In this document: one piece after another, positions 38,897 to 48,204 of the stretch | Position numbering within the stretch: the stretch's first letter is position 1 | Layout: each line of letters opens with the position of its first letter | Assembly (NCBI GenBank): GCA_040754455.1 | Contig: JBFMCP010000001.1 | Span: 64,001-128,000, forward strand | Direction: 5' to 3' | Origin: Nitrospirota bacterium | GTDB taxonomy: Bacteria; Nitrospirota; Thermodesulfovibrionia; Thermodesulfovibrionales; Dissulfurispiraceae | DNA: 64,000 nucleotides | Program-made: the position numbers and the translations under genes | Notes under the pieces: model-generated | Told to the model about the DNA's origin: nothing | Databases searched by the model: none | The model's input: the letters and a program-made list of their open reading frames with translations, nothing else

Positions 38897-39379
38897 ATGG
38901 CCAGCAGGCGGATAGACGATCTTCACCCCTCAGTGCAGAAAAGGGCGGTCTTGCTGCTCGACAGGTGTGCTGAGCAGGGCATACAGGTAATCCTTATCTG
39001 CACCCAGCGGGACATGAAAGAGCAAGCCGCATTGTACGCACAGGGGCGGGAAGAGATAGCAAAGGTCAATGCACTCAGGGCAGTTGCCGGAATGGCCCCT
39101 CTCAAGAGCATTACAGAGAACAGGATCGTCACTAATGCAAAGCCGGGCGATTCACTCCACAATTACGGCCTTGCCTTCGACGTTGTCCCTCTGGAGGCAG
39201 GAAAGCCCATATGGGATTCAGGGCACCCCGTATGGCAGACCATCGGCAAGATAGGGAAAGAGTGCGGGCTTGAATGGGCGGGAGACTGGAAGAGGTTTAA
39301 AGAGTTTCCGCATTTCCAGTATACGGGCGGTCTTTCGCTCGCCCAGGTCAGACAGGGGCAGAGGCCCGAAAACGCATAG
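38897..39379 (+). CDS. Endolysin, M15 peptidase family
   Basis: R..EQAALYAQGR, SLHNYGLAFD, WAGDW, EFPHFQ. Confidence 0.9.
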   Translation: MASRRIDDLHPSVQKRAVLLLDRCAEQGIQVILICTQRDMKEQAALYAQGREEIAKVNALRAVAGMAPLKSITENRIVTNAKPGDSLHNYGLAFDVVPLEAGKPIWDSGHPVWQTIGKIGKECGLEWAGDWKRFKEFPHFQYTGGLSLAQVRQGQRPENA

Positions 39380-39390
39380 GGGGGGGAACT

Positions 39391-39846
39391 ATGAGCTTAT
39401 TGAGTGCGATACCGGTGATAGGCGGACTTGTTGAGAAGGCATTCGGCATTATCGACAAGGCCGTCGAGGATAAGGACCTTGCAAACAAGATCAAGCAGGA
39501 AATCCAGATGACGGCCATGAATCACGACTACAGCGCATACGAAAAAGAGCTGGAGGCGAAAGCAGCAGCCCTCGTTGGTGAGATCAAGGGGCAGTCATGG
39601 CTTCAGAGAAACTGGAGGCCAGTGCTCATGCTCACCTTCACCTACATTATCGCCCACAATTACATACTTGCGCCGATCATCAGGATGTTCAGCTTCGGCG
39701 CCGGTATGCCGGTCCTTGAGATTCCTCCTGACATGTGGGACCTGCTGAAGCTTGGCATAGGCGGATATATTGTGGGCAGGTCGGCGGAAAAGATTGTCAA
39801 AGACTATCGAGGGCAGGGGGTGAGTCATGATTCAAGCAGGCGATAA
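39391..39846 (+). CDS. Holin (3TM/GTA-holin family)
   Basis: SWLQRNWRP, LGIGGYIVGRSAEK. Confidence 0.82.
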   Translation: MSLLSAIPVIGGLVEKAFGIIDKAVEDKDLANKIKQEIQMTAMNHDYSAYEKELEAKAAALVGEIKGQSWLQRNWRPVLMLTFTYIIAHNYILAPIIRMFSFGAGMPVLEIPPDMWDLLKLGIGGYIVGRSAEKIVKDYRGQGVSHDSSRR

Positions 39847-40348
39847 GATTCTGGTTAAACCGCTCAGGAACATCATATCGGAGATCATCTCCGGCAAGGT
39901 GAATTCGCTCTACTCTCATGTAGAGCCGATCGTTGATAGCAGGGGGGGCGCTCTCGATTGCACATTTCCCAGAAACCGCATCAAGAGCATCTCTCAATAT
40001 TTTCACGGGAAGCACAGAGTACTCATCATCAGACCAGCGAAGCCGTACACCGCTGAGGAGTTGCTCGCCTGGACTGCAAAGGCGCTTGAAAAGGATGGCA
40101 CGTTCTATGATCTCTTCCGCCTCTGCTCTGCGCTCAATAACAAGCGCTGGAAAATGCGCCGGAATATGTGGGCCTGCGATACCGCCACCATGGATTGCGA
40201 TAAAGCAATCGGGCGGCATACCTGGGCGGAGTTCCCGTTTGTGAGTTATGAGATGTACCATATCCTCGCCCGTGAGGGCATCTATAAGATCGTGTATCAG
40301 GCCGAGCGTCCGACGATGGGCGATTTCCAGAAACTGGTGAGGGGGTAA
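39827..40348 (+). CDS. Permuted papain-like (NlpC/P60, YiiX-like) protein
   Basis: QAGD, YSHV, YD, WAC order typical of permuted NlpC/P60. Confidence 0.55.
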   Translation: MIQAGDKILVKPLRNIISEIISGKVNSLYSHVEPIVDSRGGALDCTFPRNRIKSISQYFHGKHRVLIIRPAKPYTAEELLAWTAKALEKDGTFYDLFRLCSALNNKRWKMRRNMWACDTATMDCDKAIGRHTWAEFPFVSYEMYHILAREGIYKIVYQAERPTMGDFQKLVRG

Positions 40349-40350
40349 GT

Positions 40351-40827
40351 ATGGCACGGGTGCTGACAAAGTTCGGATTCAGGCGGCTTTTCACCATCGA
40401 GGAGCGGGCAGGCATCACCGCGGCCGCGGCGAGCGATGTGGTGCTCAAGACCATTATGGATGACCTGGCCTTTTCCGACGAGGTGGACCTCGACGATCCT
40501 GCAACGATCGAAGGCGTGAATTATCTCGTTGCCGGCGGGCTCATCACCGCAGAGCGGGCAGCAGCGATCCTTGCCACGCCTGCACCGGCAGCGCTCGAAC
40601 CGGTGATCAATTACACGGTAACCGTCAAGGCCCAGGCCGATATTACGCTGCAAAACAAATGGGGCGCTGTCGAGCGTCCCTGGGGATATGAAGTAAGGGC
40701 GGATTTCCGCAACGAGGCAACCGGCGAGGTGATCAATGAAGTGATAACCTTCCCTGCAGTTCCTACGGATGCAGAAGTAAACACAAAGATCACTGAAATC
40801 ATTAATCGTCTGAGGACCAATGGCTAA
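40351..40827 (+). CDS. Hypothetical virion-associated protein
   Basis: FRRLFTIEER...VDLDDP...LITAERAAAIL. Confidence 0.6.
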   Translation: MARVLTKFGFRRLFTIEERAGITAAAASDVVLKTIMDDLAFSDEVDLDDPATIEGVNYLVAGGLITAERAAAILATPAPAALEPVINYTVTVKAQADITLQNKWGAVERPWGYEVRADFRNEATGEVINEVITFPAVPTDAEVNTKITEIINRLRTNG

Positions 40828-42715
40828 CTACGTCAGCACACAGAGCGGCGACTGGAACAACCCAGCTACCTGGGGCGGCAGTGGTTACCCGCAGCTCGCC
40901 GGCGACACCTGCACGATCTCTGCGGGGCATACGGTTACGTATAACGTGCAGTCCGCAGTCGAGCTCGGACAGATCACTGTCAACGGTATTCTCAAGGCGA
41001 GCCGGGCAGTGAGTACAAAGCTCACGCTCGGGCATGCTGAGATTCTCATCAATAATGGCGGCGAGATGGACTGGGGGAAAGTTACTGACAAAATACCTAC
41101 CAGCGTTGTCGCAGAAATACTATGGAACACCACTGGAGACAATAGCAAGGGGATTAATGTCGCAGATGGGGGGAAGCTCAGCATTTACGGGGATCCTGCC
41201 TATTACGGCAGCACCAGGCGCACAGTATTGTATGCAGACTGGACGAGCGGGCAGAGCTTTCAGGTTGTAGGCGATCTGACAGGCAAATGGGCTGCAGGGC
41301 ATATCATTTATGTCCACAAAGGGGCGGCATATGCGTCTTCGACTACTGATATCACCAACCCGCTCACGATCAATACCGTCACTTACGACGGCACGAAGTC
41401 TACCGTCACAATCAATGAGGCTTTTCCGGGCGATACCTACAGAGCCGGCGGCATAGTGCTCAATGTGTCACGGAATGTAAAGCTCGGCAAGCTTAATCCG
41501 CAGACGAATATTGGGCAGACCAACAGCAACCGTCCGAGGATTAACGATGGAAATACTGACATTAATCACAATAATGTGAACATCTATGAAGCTTTGTTGA
41601 CCGGTTTCCATTCTCTGGTGCATACCTATAATTTAAAATTCAATGCAGTGATGCGGAATGGCGGATATGCACTTGCTAATTTTTCTATTGACGCCAGGAA
41701 TGCGTCGATTGACGGTATTTTTATATCCAACAGTTTTGGAGTCTACATTCATAATACATCTACCATTTCCGGTATTTTTGTATCGCACGTAAGGTCTCTC
41801 GACAACCTGCAGAACTGTATTATTCAGAATGCCGAAGTCCTGAGCAGCTCAACGGGAGCTCTCGGCTGGTACACGATCAATAATAAGATCATCGACTCGT
41901 ATTTTTACGCCAACTATGCTGCTTATCCATCGGTTTCCTCGTTCAATTATATGAAAGGCGGAGCGCTCGGCTACTCTCCTGAAGGGTTCTCCATGCCGAA
42001 CACGTACGACTCGAATTTCCAGCAACAGACGAAGCATTTCTTGAGCAACGTCAAGCTGCCTGCTGCGGGGCTGTCGCTCAATTTCAGAAATAATTCCGGA
42101 TTGAAAGCGCGGGTATTCTCCGAGCATCACAATCAGGTGAAGGACGCTGTGTATCAGTATGACGCTTTTGCCGATCTCATCAAAAACACCTCTACGCTCC
42201 GCACCGGCGGCGCGTCTTCATCGATCGAAGCTGTGCCGCTCTCAAACTGCTCAACGATCAATGATGTGATGCTCTTCGAATGGTACGAGGAGAACGTGCC
42301 GGCAATGCAGCATACGCGCTCGATCTACATGAAGGGCGAGGGCTGGTCCGGCTTCCCGCTGCATACCGAGCTGTACTTCGAGGCGGAGTACCTCGACCAG
42401 GCCTCTGGTGTGCATACGGCAAAGGCGCAATCAACGACTGTGCTCGCCAACAATATCGACTGGACAGAGTTTCCTGTCACCTTTACCCCTGCGCAGAGCG
42501 GGTGCGTGATATACCGAGCATATCTGAAAAAGTATCAGGCAGCCGCAAAGGTCTATGTTGATACACAGCTCAATAGATTGGGGATGCCTGCCAAACGCGC
42601 GGTGTGGTCACAAGGCGAGTGCAGGTTGATGGTTTCGAATTATGATGATGTCGGCTTCAACATGCCTCTTGAGACAGTGGATATTTCTTCGCAATACGAG
42701 GTGATCGAGTTATGA
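40820..42715 (+). CDS. Fibre/spike-like protein with G8-like N-terminus and Asn-rich beta-helix-like core
   Basis: SGDWNNPATW, GHTVTY, beta-rich repeats. Confidence 0.6.
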   Translation: MANYVSTQSGDWNNPATWGGSGYPQLAGDTCTISAGHTVTYNVQSAVELGQITVNGILKASRAVSTKLTLGHAEILINNGGEMDWGKVTDKIPTSVVAEILWNTTGDNSKGINVADGGKLSIYGDPAYYGSTRRTVLYADWTSGQSFQVVGDLTGKWAAGHIIYVHKGAAYASSTTDITNPLTINTVTYDGTKSTVTINEAFPGDTYRAGGIVLNVSRNVKLGKLNPQTNIGQTNSNRPRINDGNTDINHNNVNIYEALLTGFHSLVHTYNLKFNAVMRNGGYALANFSIDARNASIDGIFISNSFGVYIHNTSTISGIFVSHVRSLDNLQNCIIQNAEVLSSSTGALGWYTINNKIIDSYFYANYAAYPSVSSFNYMKGGALGYSPEGFSMPNTYDSNFQQQTKHFLSNVKLPAAGLSLNFRNNSGLKARVFSEHHNQVKDAVYQYDAFADLIKNTSTLRTGGASSSIEAVPLSNCSTINDVMLFEWYEENVPAMQHTRSIYMKGEGWSGFPLHTELYFEAEYLDQASGVHTAKAQSTTVLANNIDWTEFPVTFTPAQSGCVIYRAYLKKYQAAAKVYVDTQLNRLGMPAKRAVWSQGECRLMVSNYDDVGFNMPLETVDISSQYEVIEL

Positions 42716-43044
42716 AAGCCATAAAGCTGGTGAAGGGCGAAAAAAGGGATTTGAAATATCAGCTCAAGGAGAACGGCGCGGTGAAAGACATCACCGGCAT
42801 GACCTTCAAGTTCGCTGCGAAAGCCACTCGGACAAGCGCGACGTATCAGATCAATCCTATAGCGGCTGCGCTCGATGATCCGCTGAATGGAAAGTTTTCC
42901 TTTACGCTTACGGCTGCGAACGCTACGGGAGCGGTCTTCAAGGGAGTCTATGAAATCTCCATGTATGATGCCGGGTCGAACAAGACCGTGCTTACTACAC
43001 CGGGCGGCGATCCGATCGAGATCGTCGAGGACATTGTGGATTAA
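42712..43044 (+). CDS. BppU-N-like Ig-fold virion protein
   Basis: KGE, DITG, G.FSFTLT, G.YEI pattern. Confidence 0.55.
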   Translation: MKAIKLVKGEKRDLKYQLKENGAVKDITGMTFKFAAKATRTSATYQINPIAAALDDPLNGKFSFTLTAANATGAVFKGVYEISMYDAGSNKTVLTTPGGDPIEIVEDIVD

Positions 43045-43482
43045 ATGGATATCGCAGTTCTGGAAGATAAGCTTATCGAGACGCTCAAGCAAGGGATGAC
43101 GTATCTCAAGTACGCCGACACCTACCAGGGTGAACTCGACGAGAAGAGCATTGCCCAGTTCGCCATGAACTTCCCGGCGCTGCTCATCTATATGGAGGAT
43201 ACGACGTACACGAACAGATCATACCCTATGATGTGGCAGAATGCGCAGTTTACGATCCTTCTGTGCGACCGGAACCTGCGCGGCAACAAGAACGCCAGGC
43301 GCGGGGACCTGTCGAATCCGGGTACATATAAAATGCTGGCCGATGTTTATTCGTTGCTGCATGACAAGACGCTCGATCTGCTCACGTATCCGCTCGTGGC
43401 CGTCTCCGAGCATGCGCTGATCAATAGTAGACAATTGTCGGTCTATGCAGCTGTATACAAGACTAAGCAACCTAAGAATTAA
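43045..43482 (+). CDS. Tail terminator (Mu gp37-like)
   Basis: TYQGEL, FPALL, DRNLRG..AR, GTYKML. Confidence 0.7.
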   Translation: MDIAVLEDKLIETLKQGMTYLKYADTYQGELDEKSIAQFAMNFPALLIYMEDTTYTNRSYPMMWQNAQFTILLCDRNLRGNKNARRGDLSNPGTYKMLADVYSLLHDKTLDLLTYPLVAVSEHALINSRQLSVYAAVYKTKQPKN

Positions 43483-43493
43483 AAGGAGGAGTT

Positions 43494-43667
43494 ATGGAAG
43501 ACGAGAGGAAGCCGGGAGCATATGTGATCGGTCCGGACGGCGAAGCGGTACCTGATCTCATGGATGAAGCTATGAAAAAGAGAAAAGAGCTTACTGAGGA
43601 ACCGTTCCCCGCATCAAGCGGAGGGAAAAAAGGCAAGACCAAGGAGGAGGTAAAAGAGAATGCTTGA
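43494..43667 (+). CDS. 57-aa hypothetical protein
   Basis: SD AGGAGG; MEDERKPGAYVIGPDG... Confidence 0.55.
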   Translation: MEDERKPGAYVIGPDGEAVPDLMDEAMKKRKELTEEPFPASSGGKKGKTKEEVKENA

Positions 43668-44601
43668 TGCAAAGGCATTGATACTCGCAAAAGTAGAGGC
43701 CACCTACGGCGTCGATGCGGTGCCGGCAGCGGCAAATGATGCCATTGTCACTGGCCCGGTGAAGTTCGAGGTGATCGAGGAGAGCAAGGAGCGCGCCGTG
43801 GTGCTCCCTTATTTCGGCAAGCTGAACGCGATCAAGATCGGCACCGGCGTGAAGCTCTCATTCGGCACCGAGCTGCGGCCCTCCGGAGCTGCAGGCACGG
43901 CACCGCGCCTGGGCGTGCTCTTCAGGATCTGCAATTTCTCCCAGACGATCACACCGGGCGTCAAGGTCGACTACGATCCTGTTACTGCGCAGGACGGCGA
44001 GTCGGCGAGCATCTATTTCTACAACGACGGCTTTCTATACAAGGTCCTGGGCTGTGTCGGGAATTCACTGAAGCTCAGCGGCAAGACGAACGAGATCGGC
44101 ACGATCGATTGGGAGATCACCGGCCTCTGGGGAGGTCCCGCATCTATCACTGAAGTCGCATTCCCCACGCCGACCTACGGAGAAGTGGATCCGCAGCTCT
44201 TCAGGAGCGCCAATTTCACCATTGACGCCTATGCGGGAATCATTGATGCGTGCGAAGTGTCCGTATCGAATTCGGTGATCCTGAGGAAGGATGCCAATGC
44301 CGCCAACGGCATCAAGCGTTACTCGACGAACGGCAGAGAGGTGAGCTTCAGCTGCGATCCCGAAGTGGTCCCGCTGGCAACGTACAACCCCTGGTCCTTG
44401 TGGGACGCGAACACTCCCGGTGCGGCCAATGTTACGTTCGGTCAGACAGCAGGCAAGAAGTGCGTTGTCTCGCTGCCGAATGTCCTCAAGGACGTGCCCA
44501 AGCTCGGAGAGCGGGAGGGGATCAAGAAATATGATCTTACCGGCAAGGCGAATCCGACACTGACAGCAGGCAATAACGAAGTGAAATTTTCGTTCCAATA
44601 A
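43660..44601 (+). CDS. Major tail tube protein
   Basis: ILAKVEATYGVD, GAAGTAP; precedes chaperone and tape measure. Confidence 0.8.
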   Translation: MLDAKALILAKVEATYGVDAVPAAANDAIVTGPVKFEVIEESKERAVVLPYFGKLNAIKIGTGVKLSFGTELRPSGAAGTAPRLGVLFRICNFSQTITPGVKVDYDPVTAQDGESASIYFYNDGFLYKVLGCVGNSLKLSGKTNEIGTIDWEITGLWGGPASITEVAFPTPTYGEVDPQLFRSANFTIDAYAGIIDACEVSVSNSVILRKDANAANGIKRYSTNGREVSFSCDPEVVPLATYNPWSLWDANTPGAANVTFGQTAGKKCVVSLPNVLKDVPKLGEREGIKKYDLTGKANPTLTAGNNEVKFSFQ

Positions 44602-44628
44602 AAAACGTTTAAGGAGGTTTTAAACAGT

Positions 44629-45051
44629 ATGAGGGACCTTGGAAAAGCGGACAACAAAGTCACATTCAGGGACGGTATATCGGGCTCAAAGATAACCCTG
44701 TTCTACCGCACGCCCACGACAGAGGAGCTGCAGGAGTACTACTCCAATTCGATGATCAGGAAGCAGGGCAAGACCATTGCCAATGCAGTCAATGCACGGG
44801 TCGACTTTGCAGAGAAGATACTCACTGGCATCGGAGAAGGCTGCTTCGGTATCAATAAAAAGCCGATCTCATCTAATCCCGAATCTCCGGATTATAAGGA
44901 GAACTGGAAGGCCCTGGTAAAGGAGAGCGCCCCTGATATTCTGGACACGTTCATCATCATGACCTTTGAGCGGAGCAGCATCCAGGCTGTTCTTACTGAA
45001 GGGGACGGAGGAGAGGAAGAGCTCCCTTTGTCGAAGAGCTCAGAAGGCTAA
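44629..45051 (+). CDS. Tail assembly chaperone (G-like)
   Basis: Position between tube and tape measure; slippery heptamer near end. Confidence 0.75.
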   Translation: MRDLGKADNKVTFRDGISGSKITLFYRTPTTEELQEYYSNSMIRKQGKTIANAVNARVDFAEKILTGIGEGCFGINKKPISSNPESPDYKENWKALVKESAPDILDTFIIMTFERSSIQAVLTEGDGGEEELPLSKSSEG

Positions 45052-45308
45052 ACGACAGATGCACACCGGCAAAAAAAAAGGAGTGTGCCAAGAACTCGGG
45101 ACCTGGCCTGCCGATCGTCTGCAGCACCTGTGCGGCCAGGGAGCCCTATGAGCCTTCTGAGTGGTTCAACCATGTGTGGTTTTTATACGAGCTGCAGCGG
45201 GGAGGTTATCCGTTCCAGAAAAATGACCTCTCCCTCGAAGAGTGGATTGCAATAGGAGTGTTGAAGGAAGAGATAGATGCCATGAAAATGGGGCTGATGA
45301 TTAAATGA
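45024..45308 (+). CDS. -1 frameshift extension (GT-like chaperone)
   Basis: C CCT TTG slippery site; -1 frame open to TGA 45308. Confidence 0.75.
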   Translation, partial: PFVEELRRLNDRCTPAKKKECAKNSGPGLPIVCSTCAAREPYEPSEWFNHVWFLYELQRGGYPFQKNDLSLEEWIAIGVLKEEIDAMKMGLMIK

Positions 45309-47431
45309 ACGAGATCGAGCTGATAATTACTATGGACAATTCCGGACTGGTCACCGGGGTGAGGACCGCAAGCGGTGAGATTGTGCAGTTCGGGAAATCT
45401 GCCGCTGAAGCATCTGATAAAGCGAGTGCGGGTTTCGGTGTGCTGCAAAAATCGTTGCAGGAGATGGCGATCCAGGCAGCCGGTTTTTTTGCCGCATTCA
45501 AAGCCGGTGACTGGGCGAAGGATATCATCAAGGACTCTACGCTCCTTGCCGCTCGTGTTGAGACTTTGGGCGTCGTGATGAATGTCGTTGGCCGTAACGC
45601 CGGGTATTCGTCGCAGGAAATGAAGATGTATGCCGACAGCGTCAAGGCCATGGGCATTACCACGCAAGAAAGTATGCAGACGGTCATCCGAATGGCGCAA
45701 GCGAACCTCGACCTTGCCAAATCCTCGCAACTGGCCCGTGTCGCACAGGACGCCGCGGTCATCGGCAATGTGAATTCCTCAGAGGCATTGGGCAGGCTCT
45801 TGCACGGCATCACTACCCTGCAGCCCGAAATCCTCAGAACCATCGGCATCACCGTCACCTTTGAGGAGGAATACAAGAAGTTCGCATCTACAGCTGGCAG
45901 GACTGTCGACTCCCTCTCTCAGCAGGAAAAACAGCAGATCGCCTTGAATGCGGTGCTCAGAGAAGGAGAGAAAATAGCGGGTACCTATGAGGGCGCCATG
46001 GGCACTGCTGGGAAGCAGATCACCTCCATATCGCGCTACGCCGAAGAGGCCAAGGTGAAATTCGGCCAGTTGTTCACTCCTGCCCTGAACGATTCAGTCA
46101 AGCTCCTGTCGAGTGGGCTCAGTTTCTTGAATGATCAGCTCGAACGACTGGTTGCCGGGCTCGGCAGGGCCGACCGGATGTCGAACCTGTACTCCCAGCT
46201 TGCAAGGATCGACGAGGAGATCGCACAGCGCGAGAAGGGATTTTTCGGGATAACTCCGCGCGCCGGGAGCCTGGCTGAAAGGCAGTTGGAGTGGTATAAA
46301 AGGAAAAGGCTGGAGATTGCCCAGGAGTTGCTGGACTTGCAGACGCCTGACAGAGTTGATGCTCCTGCAGGGGCTGCAGGGTCTGCAGGGGCTGCAGGGG
46401 CTGCAGTCGACAAATACAATGAAGACAATGATCCCAAGATTATTGCCCTGCGGGCTCGAGTCAGAGGCGTCGGCGAGTTGGCTAAAAAAGAAATCGAGCT
46501 TCAAAAAGAAAAGGAAGCCAAAATCGCCGAAATCAGTAAGCGCTACCTCAAAGAAAAGGAAGATGCTGACCGGGATTATGCCGAATGGTACGAGCGCATG
46601 TATGAATTCAGACTGCAGAGGGAACAGGAGATGTTGGATCGTTCTGCAGCACTGAATCGGCAGCGACTGGAAATGCAGCGGCAGGAATATGAGGAGTACT
46701 GGTCCATGGTTATGGGCAACGCGAACATGGTCGGCGGTGAGATGGGCAAAGGCCTGGGCATGATGGCCGCAGGCATGAAGGGGATCACCGACGTTCAGAT
46801 GGGCGTCGACCCTTATTCCGAAAGGCTGGAAAGACTGCGTGAATATTACAACGCAGAAATAACGCTATTGCAGGATGCGCGCGCGACGCAAACGACTATC
46901 GAGCAAGCTTTTGCGCAGTACCAGATTGAGAGCGATCAGATCACCGCACAGCAACGCATTGCTACTGCCCAGAACCTTGCAGGCATGCTGGCCGGGATTA
47001 TGTACTCGATGTACGTGGCAACCGGGAAGCACAACAATGCAATGTTTGTCATGTACAAAGCTTTTGCCGCGACCGAAGCGCTGATCTCCACCTATGCGGG
47101 AGCAGCGCGGGCCTTGAAGGATTTCAAATTTCCTTACAATATTGCAGTGGCCGCAATTATCACCGCAGCGGGCCTGGCCAGGGTTGCAGCAATCGTCTCA
47201 CAGAAACCGGGCTCTGCAGCCCCTGTTGCAGCGGTTCCGGCAGGGGGCGGCTATGGCTATAAGGATCCGAATCAGCCCGCGTTCGAGCCGACTCAGGCAG
47301 CAGCTCAGGAAACTCCCCGGCCGATGACAGTCACAATTTATAACTACGGCATTCTCGGGACCGATCAGGACAAGATCGCCCGCGATCTGGTCCCTGCGCT
47401 GCAGAAAGCAATGGATGACGGAGCGCACTAA
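45305..47431 (+). CDS. Tape measure protein
   Basis: 708 aa Ala-rich helical; 9-bp repeat at 46364-46406. Confidence 0.88.
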   Translation: MNEIELIITMDNSGLVTGVRTASGEIVQFGKSAAEASDKASAGFGVLQKSLQEMAIQAAGFFAAFKAGDWAKDIIKDSTLLAARVETLGVVMNVVGRNAGYSSQEMKMYADSVKAMGITTQESMQTVIRMAQANLDLAKSSQLARVAQDAAVIGNVNSSEALGRLLHGITTLQPEILRTIGITVTFEEEYKKFASTAGRTVDSLSQQEKQQIALNAVLREGEKIAGTYEGAMGTAGKQITSISRYAEEAKVKFGQLFTPALNDSVKLLSSGLSFLNDQLERLVAGLGRADRMSNLYSQLARIDEEIAQREKGFFGITPRAGSLAERQLEWYKRKRLEIAQELLDLQTPDRVDAPAGAAGSAGAAGAAVDKYNEDNDPKIIALRARVRGVGELAKKEIELQKEKEAKIAEISKRYLKEKEDADRDYAEWYERMYEFRLQREQEMLDRSAALNRQRLEMQRQEYEEYWSMVMGNANMVGGEMGKGLGMMAAGMKGITDVQMGVDPYSERLERLREYYNAEITLLQDARATQTTIEQAFAQYQIESDQITAQQRIATAQNLAGMLAGIMYSMYVATGKHNNAMFVMYKAFAATEALISTYAGAARALKDFKFPYNIAVAAIITAAGLARVAAIVSQKPGSAAPVAAVPAGGGYGYKDPNQPAFEPTQAAAQETPRPMTVTIYNYGILGTDQDKIARDLVPALQKAMDDGAH

Positions 47432-48204
47432 TGAACCCGATCATTCTCTACGACAATAGGTTCAATGATGCCATCCCCACGGCAACGGATACCGCCGCAG
47501 GCTATGACGTGCTGAATATCAGAGATCTGAGGACCTACACCTTCCATAAGTTCACCGGCAGCGGGACGAAGTATTATTACATCAACTGCGGGTCAGGAAA
47601 AACGGCCGACTGTCTGGCGATCATATCTCATAACCTGGGGACAGCGGGCGCAACGGTGTCGGTCGAGAGCTCCGCGACCGGTGCATGGACAGGCGAGCAG
47701 GTAGAGCGCCTGGCCGGGTTCGTGCCCACAAGCGACAAGGCGCTGCTCAAAACATTCAATTCCGCTACCGCTCAATTTTGGCGCGTAAAGATTGTGACGG
47801 CTGCAGTGGCCGCGCAGGTCGGCGTGCTCATGCTCGGCACAAAGCTGCTCTTCCCCTATCCTCCGGACACGCCATACAGGCCATACTCAGAACGCATCGA
47901 GGCCAATACGTCTCTCAGCAAGACGGGCAATATACTGGGCTCTACGATCAGGTATTACCCGATTGACGTTGTCGCTCCCTTCTCAAACCTCACACGAACC
48001 TGGGTGCTCGATAATTTCAAACCCTTCTGGATCAATCACGGCCGAAAGCTCAATCCGTTCTTCTACGCCTGGGACCTCGATGTCTATCCGGATGACGTCC
48101 TCTTCCTGGCCTGCTCGCCTGATATGGTCTACGAGCTGCCGGTGAGCGTGCTTGCATACATTGACAGCATCATCCTCCGGATGCAGGGAGTCAGTGAGGT
48201 ATGA
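47431..48204 (+). CDS. Distal tail protein
   Basis: Position after tape measure; beta-rich. Confidence 0.6.
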   Translation: MNPIILYDNRFNDAIPTATDTAAGYDVLNIRDLRTYTFHKFTGSGTKYYYINCGSGKTADCLAIISHNLGTAGATVSVESSATGAWTGEQVERLAGFVPTSDKALLKTFNSATAQFWRVKIVTAAVAAQVGVLMLGTKLLFPYPPDTPYRPYSERIEANTSLSKTGNILGSTIRYYPIDVVAPFSNLTRTWVLDNFKPFWINHGRKLNPFFYAWDLDVYPDDVLFLACSPDMVYELPVSVLAYIDSIILRMQGVSEV

